Shown one piece after another: positions 57,035 to 64,000 of a DNA stretch of 64,000 nucleotides (position 1 is the first letter of the stretch; every line of letters begins with the position of its first letter). The stretch spans positions 1,120,001 through 1,184,000 of the forward strand of contig OY762926.1 of NCBI GenBank assembly GCA_963666735.1. Direction: 5' to 3'. Source of the stretch: Gemmatimonadota bacterium. GTDB taxonomy: Bacteria > Gemmatimonadota > Gemmatimonadetes > Palauibacterales > Palauibacteraceae. The notes under the pieces were generated by a model. That model saw nothing but the letters and a program-made list of their open reading frames with translations, did not search any database and was not told the DNA's origin. Position numbers and translations under genes: made by a program.

Positions 57035-57192
57035 TGCGTCCCCCGTGCCGAGGTCCACGGAGCGCGGCCAGCCCCACTTCAGCCTCCGTGTTATGCACGG
57101 ACTATCATGAGCACCCAACGGTGCTTCGAGCCAGCGCGGCGGACGCCTCCGCAGCGGTCGCCGAACCGGCCCGAAACAGGAGGCGACCCTAG

Positions 57193-58837
57193 GAGCTTGC
57201 GCGGTAGAACGGTCGCGAAGGGCGGCGGATCCCGGGAAGCGCGGCCGCCCGGAGGCTGAGGGGCGCCGGTTGTCGGCGGGAGCCGCCGTCGCGCGGGCGA
57301 AGCCGCCGCGCCGGCGCCGTTTCCGGGTGGATCCGGCCGCGTTTCGGGCCCCGGAGGCCCTCCGGCGCGAAGATTTCGCCCCTCACGCGGCCCGAAGGAC
57401 GTGGAGGCGCCGCGCGTTGAGCGCCAGACACACCAGATCCCACTCGCCGCGCACGTTCTCCAAGCCCCTGAGGCTGAACCTCCTGAACCCCATCGCCTCC
57501 TTGACCCACCCGATGGGCGCTTCGGCGATCCACTTGCGCTTGGCATACACCGCCCGGCCTTGGGGAGTCTCCAGCTTCTTCGCCATGCGCGCCGTCGCCG
57601 GGAGCTTCTTCGGGTCGGGCTTGCCGGCCCCCTTGCCCTCCCGGCCCAGCGCCACGTAGCCGTCGATCCCCCGCGCATCCAGAGCCGCCAGATCCTCCTC
57701 GTTCGAGTAGCCCGCGTCGGCCAGCACCTCGCCCGGCGTCTCCCCCAACCGCCCGGACACCTCGTCCACCCGCTCCACCAGCTGCCCCTGGTCGCTCGCG
57801 TTGTCGGTCACCTCCGCCCCCAGCACCAGCTGGCTCTCGCCGTCGACCACCGCCTGCGCGTTGTAGCACTGCTGGTAGCCCTCCGTGCTCGTCCGCATGA
57901 TCCGGCTCTCCGGATCCGTGAAGTTCGTCTGCGAGTCCGCCTCCGGCTCCCCGTAGGCCAGCTTGTACGGCGACCCCCCCTTCGGGTTGCGGTCCCACTC
58001 CGGCTCCCGGCCCCGCGCGTCGTCGCGCTCCCGCGCCTCCGCCTCCAGACGAGCCCGCGCCGCCCGGATCGCCGCCAGCCGGTCCTCCCGCCGCTTCAGC
58101 TCCTCCGGCAGCTCGTCGCCCCGAACGTCCTCCCCGTGCCGCTCGTCCTCCTCCGCGTCGGCCGCCTCCGCACGCGCCAGCAACTCCGCGATCTCCGCCT
58201 CCAGGCGCGCCTCCTCCGGACCCATCCGCCCGTAGCTCATCGCCTTCCGCTTGCTCGCGTTCGCCCGAACCTTCGTCCCGTCCACCGCCACCCGGCCCAG
58301 CCCCGCCAGACCCAGCTCCCGCGCCAGAAGCACCGCCTCGGCGAACAACGCACCGAACGCCCTCAGGTTCTTCTTCCGGAACTCGCACAGCGTCCGGTGC
58401 GCCGGAAAGTTCCCCGCCGCCAGCATCCTGAGCGGCACGTCCTCCTCCAGCTTCCGCGCCAGCTTCCGAGACGAGAACACCCCCGTCGCGTAACCGTACA
58501 GCAGAACCTTCACCATCATCCGCGGATCGTACGGGCTCCGACGGCGTCCGTCCCCCTCGTACCGCGCGTAGAACGCCGACAGGTCCAGCGCGTCCACCAG
58601 ATCGCTCACGTGGTGCGCCAGATGCCCCGCCGGCACCCACTCGCGAAGATCCTGCGGCAGCAGCAACCGCTGGTCCGGATCGTACGGGCGGAACCTCGTC
58701 CGCATCCTCTCCGGATCGTACGGTAGAGACCTCGCACTCATCGCCAACTCCCCGCGCCGAACTTGAACCCGTCACAGCACGCCATCACCATAACCACCCG
58801 AAACGCGCCGCACCATCGGTTTCTACGGCGCAGGCTC
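57193..58837 (-). mobile_element. Complete IS1182-family insertion sequence (1645 bp)
   Basis: 17-bp terminal IRs GAGCTTGCGCGGTAGAA (57193-57209) and TTCTACGGCGCAGGCTC (58821-58837), 15/17 match; CTAG on both sides (57189-57192, 58838-58841). Confidence 0.9.
57383..58705 (-). CDS. IS1182-family DDE transposase
   Basis: YDPRMMVKVLLYGY..SSRK, VDGTKVRANAS, TDPESR, YNAQ, ADAGY, Y.KRK..AE; ATG 58705 follows GGAGAGG. Confidence 0.95.
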   Translation of the reverse strand: MRTRFRPYDPDQRLLLPQDLREWVPAGHLAHHVSDLVDALDLSAFYARYEGDGRRRSPYDPRMMVKVLLYGYATGVFSSRKLARKLEEDVPLRMLAAGNFPAHRTLCEFRKKNLRAFGALFAEAVLLARELGLAGLGRVAVDGTKVRANASKRKAMSYGRMGPEEARLEAEIAELLARAEAADAEEDERHGEDVRGDELPEELKRREDRLAAIRAARARLEAEARERDDARGREPEWDRNPKGGSPYKLAYGEPEADSQTNFTDPESRIMRTSTEGYQQCYNAQAVVDGESQLVLGAEVTDNASDQGQLVERVDEVSGRLGETPGEVLADAGYSNEEDLAALDARGIDGYVALGREGKGAGKPDPKKLPATARMAKKLETPQGRAVYAKRKWIAEAPIGWVKEAMGFRRFSLRGLENVRGEWDLVCLALNARRLHVLRAA

Positions 58838-61800
58838 CTAGCCGGGGATCATCCTGACGATGCGCCCGTTGCGGTCGACCACGATGATCGGACTTCGCAA
58901 GATGTCAGCGCCGTACGGAATGATCCGATCCGGGGCGTCGACCGAGGCCGCGGCGCCGGGCAGGAAGAAGCGTTCGGCCAAGCTGACATCGACCGTGTAG
59001 CCCATGTCCGCCAAGGACTTAATCGTGATCGCGCTCAATGGATCCGCGATATCGGCGTTCTCGAAGGGCGTCATGAGTTCCGTGCCGAGGACGGAATGTC
59101 GCCAGTGCGCGTCGCCCGATCCCGGGCCTGCCCGATTCTCGACGGGCACCTTTTCACCGCCGACGTAGCTCGCGCCGCCCGCCTCGTCGAACGCTTCGAT
59201 GGCCATTGGACCCGGGAAGTGGGTGTCGGCGCCCTGCTGGCCCGGCAGCGACGGATTGCGGAGGAGCCCGTGTGCGTCCCACCTCGTTCCGATCCCCAAC
59301 ACATGGCCGATTTCGTGCAAGACAACATCCTCAAGGTCGCCTCGTTCCTCCAGCCATCCGAGATCGCCCTCGTCGAACAGCATGACTCCCATGAACGGCA
59401 GGCCACCCGATCCGTCTCGAACCCCGCACACGGCAGCCCCGGCCAATGGACCCAGAGGGCCGTTTATCCAGCGGATCGCCGCCACGATCAGGATGTCGTC
59501 CACGGTTTCGACACGCTGGTCGGTCGTGATGCCCGCGCAGCCCAACTCGATGTCACCGCTTACCGGAACGTCCGGCAGCTCCGTGTCCGCGAGGATTGAT
59601 TCCCAGTATTCCACCGCCGCGTCGAAGGCGGCGGCGACCGAAGGGGTCACATCGTCGACCAAGATGAGCTCGATGTCGTACGACCCCGGGCTGCCTCCTC
59701 TCACGGTGACCCGCAAGGACAACTCCACGCTTAGACCGCCCGGATCGGTGGCCCTTACGGTGACGGTTGACCATCCGGGCCCCACCGGACTCAACGTCAG
59801 CTGGCTGGCCGCAACCGATGCGGACACCACGCTTGGACTTCCGGAGGTTGCCGTGTATCCCAACCTGTCGCCGTCAGGATCGCGAAAGTGGCTGGAGAGG
59901 TCGAGTGCGCTGCTAGCGTTGCCGCGTGCCCTGAGTCTCACCCAAGGCAAGGCCTGCTCGGCCACCGGCGCCAGGTTCGACACGGTTCCGCACAGCACCG
60001 CCGGGTCGGGCGCCTTGAGTTCCACGCCCCAGACGGAGATGGGAGACGGGGGGACCGGCCCCACCGCCACCTGGGTGCCGTCCCCGTGTCCCCCCTCGCA
60101 AGTCACGGTGAGGTCACCGCTCTCGTCCCTCCCGACATCAATCACGGCCACGCCGGCGGAGATGCCGCCACCATGAGTCGACAGCGGAATCGTCATCGGG
60201 AACGGCGCACCCTGGGCTAACCGGACTCGTACCCTCGCCGGACCGGGCGCCAGAAGGTTCTCGCCGTCCACGCGCTGGACTTCCGGGGTGAGCGTGAACG
60301 GAGATCCGGGATTTTTCTCCAAGCTCAGGACCTTCAGTCCGTAAAGACCAACGAACACTCCCTTCGGTAGCTCGGCCAGCCTGTTCCCGTCCAAGAAAAG
60401 GCTGTTCAAGCTTGCGAGATCAGAGAAAATGGCGGGCGGTAATCGCGTCAGAGAAACGCGGTTAAGGTTCAGCCATAACAGGTGTGTGAGATTCGAGAAC
60501 ACGGTTGGCGGCAACTCGGTCAGCGGGTTCCCTGTGAGATTCAGTACCTCAAGATTGGAGAGATCCGAGAAGATGCCCGTCGGTAGAGCCGTCAGCTGAT
60601 TATAGTGCAGCCGCAGGCGTGTGAGCTTCGTCAGGCCCGAGAACACTTCGGCGTCCAATGAAGTGAATTCGTTGCCGGAGAGCGTCAACCTTTCCAAGCG
60701 CCCCAATCCCGAGAAGATCCCCTCTGGAAGCTCCTTCAGCCGGTTTTCGCCCAAGCCAAGGTGTGTCAAGTTCGAGAGACCCGCAAACACTCGCGGCGGT
60801 AGCCGGGTCAATTCGTTGCCGAAGCCGACGTATAGCACTTCCAGGTTGGAGAGTCCGGCAAAGACCTTGGGCGGCAATTCCCTGAGCCCGTTGTTCTGTA
60901 GGCGCAACCGCCACAGACTGGAGAGTCCCGAAAAGGCTTCCGCCCGCAGTTCGGTGAGCCTATTGCCATCCAGATTCAGGTCCCGGAGGTTGTGGAGTCC
61001 ATAGAAGACCCCGGCCGGCAGTTCCGATAGGCCGTTACCCTTCAGGGTCAGGTCTCTCAGGTTGGGAAGCTCGCTGAAGTCCGCTTCGCGTAGTGACGCA
61101 ATGACCGCGCGCCGCCCGACTGGCCAGCCCACCGATTCGTAGTCCCTCCGCCCGGGCTGGGCGTCGCATTCGACCGGTTCCGGACGGAAGAAACGGTCGC
61201 CGGTGATCCCGACCGTTGGCTCGCACTCGTTTCCGTGGTTGTCCCTTCCCAAAGATCCCTCGGCCTCCGTGGTGCTCAAGTTCAAGTCACGGACCGAATG
61301 CAAGTCTCCGTCACGGACAGCCGAGCAGTGATCGACACCCGTCACCCTGACGATCTCGTCGCGCACCCGAGGTGTGCGGTCGCAGACGCCCTCCTCAATC
61401 GACAACACGACCGCGTTCGGATGACCAAGGACATATCCGGCCTCCGGTTCGGGCACGTCCAGGGTGGCCACAAGGACTTCGCGCGTCGGTTCGATATCGT
61501 CGTCCTCGGTGATGGCGATCTCCACGACGGCGGATTCTGCCCCGGCCCCGATCTCAATCGTGCCGCCGGAGGGATCCAGGTAGTCGGCGTCGTCCCCGTC
61601 GTCAGTACCGCCATCGTCGTCGACGCCGAGCGTGTACGTTACCGGGAGGGGGAGTTCGAGCGGTGGATGGACCATGACACGCAACGCGACCGTACCGCCC
61701 TCCTTGGCAGCCGTCGTTGCGGTAGCGAAGCGCACGGTGGGCAATGCGGTTTCCACCGTCACCCGGAGCGTCTGCCGCGCGCTCAGGCCCTCCGGATCAC

Positions 61801-62116
61801 TGGCCGTGATCGTGACCGTCGTCATCCCCGTGGCCACGGCGGCGATGGTGACGGCGCCGTCATGGACGGCCGCGGTGGCGATGGTCGTATCCGAGGACTC
61901 CGCCGCGTAGTCGAGCGTGTCCCCGTCCGGGTCGCTGAAATACCTGGCCGCATCAAGGCTGACCGAGTCGCCGACCGTCACTTCGCTGGCCGGGATCGCG
62001 CCCAGCGGGAGCGGGGTTCGGTTCGGTGGCAGGGTTGGTGAAGACGGCATCGCAAGGTCACCTTCACATGCGACAGCCACGACGGCAACGAGGCAGGCCG
62101 TAAGCGCGGCGACCAT
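58838..62116 (-). CDS. Lipoprotein with Ig/cadherin-like, Calx-beta, 11 animal-type LRRs, second Ig-like and leishmanolysin (M8)-like domains
   Basis: AVAC lipobox; FSDPDGD..Y twice; EDDDIEPTRE; LxxLPxxxFxGLxxLxxLxLxxN repeats; HEIGHVLG, AHW, ELMT, SAITI.SL.DMGY. Start uncertain (62116 vs 62185). Confidence 0.85.
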   Translation of the reverse strand: MVAALTACLVAVVAVACEGDLAMPSSPTLPPNRTPLPLGAIPASEVTVGDSVSLDAARYFSDPDGDTLDYAAESSDTTIATAAVHDGAVTIAAVATGMTTVTITASDPEGLSARQTLRVTVETALPTVRFATATTAAKEGGTVALRVMVHPPLELPLPVTYTLGVDDDGGTDDGDDADYLDPSGGTIEIGAGAESAVVEIAITEDDDIEPTREVLVATLDVPEPEAGYVLGHPNAVVLSIEEGVCDRTPRVRDEIVRVTGVDHCSAVRDGDLHSVRDLNLSTTEAEGSLGRDNHGNECEPTVGITGDRFFRPEPVECDAQPGRRDYESVGWPVGRRAVIASLREADFSELPNLRDLTLKGNGLSELPAGVFYGLHNLRDLNLDGNRLTELRAEAFSGLSSLWRLRLQNNGLRELPPKVFAGLSNLEVLYVGFGNELTRLPPRVFAGLSNLTHLGLGENRLKELPEGIFSGLGRLERLTLSGNEFTSLDAEVFSGLTKLTRLRLHYNQLTALPTGIFSDLSNLEVLNLTGNPLTELPPTVFSNLTHLLWLNLNRVSLTRLPPAIFSDLASLNSLFLDGNRLAELPKGVFVGLYGLKVLSLEKNPGSPFTLTPEVQRVDGENLLAPGPARVRVRLAQGAPFPMTIPLSTHGGGISAGVAVIDVGRDESGDLTVTCEGGHGDGTQVAVGPVPPSPISVWGVELKAPDPAVLCGTVSNLAPVAEQALPWVRLRARGNASSALDLSSHFRDPDGDRLGYTATSGSPSVVSASVAASQLTLSPVGPGWSTVTVRATDPGGLSVELSLRVTVRGGSPGSYDIELILVDDVTPSVAAAFDAAVEYWESILADTELPDVPVSGDIELGCAGITTDQRVETVDDILIVAAIRWINGPLGPLAGAAVCGVRDGSGGLPFMGVMLFDEGDLGWLEERGDLEDVVLHEIGHVLGIGTRWDAHGLLRNPSLPGQQGADTHFPGPMAIEAFDEAGGASYVGGEKVPVENRAGPGSGDAHWRHSVLGTELMTPFENADIADPLSAITIKSLADMGYTVDVSLAERFFLPGAAASVDAPDRIIPYGADILRSPIIVVDRNGRIVRMIPG

Positions 62117-62215
62117 CGGAAGTGCGTGGATGCACCTTTGATCGGCGCGCAGGAAGAGCATCAAGCAGGTTCGTCCGGCGCGCAACCCGAGGCGGCCGCC
62201 ACCGCCCCCAGTCCC

Positions 62216-62246
62216 CCGGCGACGTTCCCGCGGGAACGTCCCCCGG
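62216..62246. terminator. Perfect 20-bp palindrome/hairpin after the Vps10-like gene
   Basis: GACGTTCCCG-CGGGAACGTC at 62221-62240, extended by CCGG arms; no U-tract. Confidence 0.45.
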
Positions 62247-62255
62247 CACCGCGGC

Positions 62256-64000
62256 TCAGAACGCGTCGTCCGTGATGATGAGCATGCCGAGCCCGCGCAG
62301 CGTCTCGTTGAGCGCCGCGACGTCCGTCCGCACCAGCTCTTCCAGCTCGGCCAGGTGCGCTTCCAGCGCTTCGTGGAGGATGACCTTCACTTCCATCTCC
62401 TGGTCCGTGGGCCGGAAGTCCGCGATCGACAGCGCGCCCGTCAGGTAGCCGAGCTTCTGCAGGAGGCGCGCCTCGAAGCGCACCCCGTCCTGGCCCTGCC
62501 CCGTGAGGCGCAGGTCGACCATCGTCTCCTGCAGGCCGGTCAGCTTCTGCCGCAGATCTTCGACCGACGCGGACACATCCTCGTCTTCGGCGAACCGCGC
62601 CAGCGTCCCGAGCTGCACCCGCATCGCCTCCACCCGGTGCACCGCCTCGCCGGCCCGCACGACGTCCTCCCGGACCTCGCGGATGAAGGCGAGTTGCTCG
62701 GCGATGTCCGCCTCCGTCCCGGCGGAATGCGGGTCCTTCAGCACCGTCAGAGGCTGCTCGTGCGTCGCCCCGTCCGCTGTGAGCCGCACCGTGTACCGCC
62801 CCGGCGGCATCAGAATCGAGATCTGCTGCCCGCCGGGCGCCGGCCTTCCCTCATCGCCCACCTCGATGTGGTCGGCGTACATGGGCGGCGTGAGCATGCG
62901 GATCGGCTCGTTGGGTTCATCCCGCAGGTCCCAGTGGATCCGGTTCACGCCCGCCCGGTTCGGCCCCTCCAGCGTGCGCACCACCGCCCCGTCGCCATCC
63001 AGGATCTCGATCGTCGGCGCCTCCGCGGCCTCCGCCGCGAGCCAGTAGTTGAGCGAGGCGCCGTACTCCGGATCCTCTCCGACCGTGGGATCGTCGTACG
63101 GGATCGAGGGCGGCGTGATGGGCCGGAAGCGGTACGCGTCGCGCGGCGCGAACAGGTGCGAGGCCGACGCCATCACCTCCGGCGTCATCTGCTGGATCGG
63201 CGACAGATCGTCCAGGATCCAGAACCCGCGCCCGTACGTGCCGACCACGAGGTCGTTGAAGTGCTCCTGGACCACGATCCCCGACACGGGCGCGGCCGGC
63301 AGGTTGTTCTGCAGCGGCTGCCAGTCGTCCCCGTCGTTGAAGGAGACGTAGATCGCGTTCTCGGTGCCCACGTAGAGCATCCCCGGCCGCACCGGGTCCT
63401 CGACGATGATCTTCGTGTAGCTCAGCATGCTGGGCGGGATCCCGTCGACGATCTTCTCCCACGAGGCGCCGAAGTCGCGCGTCCGGTAGACGTGCGGATC
63501 GCGGATGTTCACCTGGTGGCCGTCCGCCGCGATGTAGGCGGTGCCCGCCTCGTAGCGCGAGGGCGCGATGCTGCGCACGGCGATCCACTCCGGCAGCCCG
63601 CCGACGTTGCCCGTCACGTCCGTCCAGTTCGCCCCGTTGTCCCGCGTGATGTGGAGCTTGCCGTCGTTCGTACCGGCCCAGATGAGGCCCGCCTCGACCG
63701 GCGACTCCGCGATCCCGAACACGGTGCCCGCGTACTCCACGCCGATGTTGTCGCCCGTGAGCCCGCCCGATAGCCCCATCCGGCTTTGGTCGTTCAGCGT
63801 CAGGTCCGGGCTGATGACCTCCCAGCTCTGCCCGCGGTTCCGCGTGCGGTGCACGTGCTGGCTCCCCACGTAGACCGTCTCGTTGTCGTGCGGGGAGATG
63901 TGGACCGGCGCGTCCCACACGAAGCGGTAGCGCACGCCGGAGGCCGGCCCGCGGCTCTGCTCCGGCCACACCTCGACGGGCCGGTACTGCCGCCGCTCCT
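62256..64000 (-). CDS. Vps10/sortilin-like BNR (Asp-box) repeat glycosyl hydrolase-like protein, 5' end outside window
   Basis: RFVWDAP..SPH; Asp-boxes TRNRGQSW, TRDNGANW, TRDFGASW, SFNDGDDW; GTYGRGFWILDD; C-terminal helical region. Confidence 0.9.
   Translation of the reverse strand, partial: ERRQYRPVEVWPEQSRGPASGVRYRFVWDAPVHISPHDNETVYVGSQHVHRTRNRGQSWEVISPDLTLNDQSRMGLSGGLTGDNIGVEYAGTVFGIAESPVEAGLIWAGTNDGKLHITRDNGANWTDVTGNVGGLPEWIAVRSIAPSRYEAGTAYIAADGHQVNIRDPHVYRTRDFGASWEKIVDGIPPSMLSYTKIIVEDPVRPGMLYVGTENAIYVSFNDGDDWQPLQNNLPAAPVSGIVVQEHFNDLVVGTYGRGFWILDDLSPIQQMTPEVMASASHLFAPRDAYRFRPITPPSIPYDDPTVGEDPEYGASLNYWLAAEAAEAPTIEILDGDGAVVRTLEGPNRAGVNRIHWDLRDEPNEPIRMLTPPMYADHIEVGDEGRPAPGGQQISILMPPGRYTVRLTADGATHEQPLTVLKDPHSAGTEADIAEQLAFIREVREDVVRAGEAVHRVEAMRVQLGTLARFAEDEDVSASVEDLRQKLTGLQETMVDLRLTGQGQDGVRFEARLLQKLGYLTGALSIADFRPTDQEMEVKVILHEALEAHLAELEELVRTDVAALNETLRGLGMLIITDDAF

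Noticed and set aside
57193..57382. GC-rich non-coding 3' end of the IS as a guide or bridge RNA
   Set aside because: The element is a DDE IS1182 with IRs and a target duplication; no TnpB/IscB/IS110 protein is present and I cannot support a defined structure.
60300..61110. LRR block as a DGR target or recent DNA-level repeat array
   Set aside because: No reverse transcriptase or template repeat in the window, and the repeats are diverged at nucleotide level.

Overview
A very GC-rich bacterial window with about 47 densely packed CDSs and no rRNA, tRNA or CRISPR array that I can see. Gene content suggests Gemmatimonadota, possibly a marine or sponge-associated lineage; this is inference only. 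Exported peptide and amide hydrolases dominate: three S9 peptidases, two beta-lactamase-family serine hydrolases, M66, M14, DUF3810 and M8-like metallopeptidases, three amidohydrolases, GGT and a cyclase. Also present are addB-addA, a folM-like SDR/folB(folX-like)/folK cluster, a di-haem cytochrome c paired with a PQQ dehydrogenase, an HTH-PIN toxin-antitoxin pair and an ECF sigma/anti-sigma/2x DUF4097 operon. An accessory block at about 56-62 kb holds a NucS-like/DUF4268 nuclease, a complete IS1182 with CTAG target duplication, and an Ig/Calx/LRR/leishmanolysin-like protein. The most interesting candidates are: (1) a secreted protein with a full PHM/DbM-like two-copper ligand set; (2) a PQQ enzyme with the lanthanide-type DxD motif but no vicinal Cys-Cys; (3) recurring AAC-N17-CGT(C/A) promoters outlining an ECF regulon; (4) a TACCGAA direct-repeat operator upstream of a DNA-repair radical SAM gene; (5) two eukaryote-like LRR surface proteins. 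All calls come from reading motifs by eye, with no database searches, and several start codons are best guesses.
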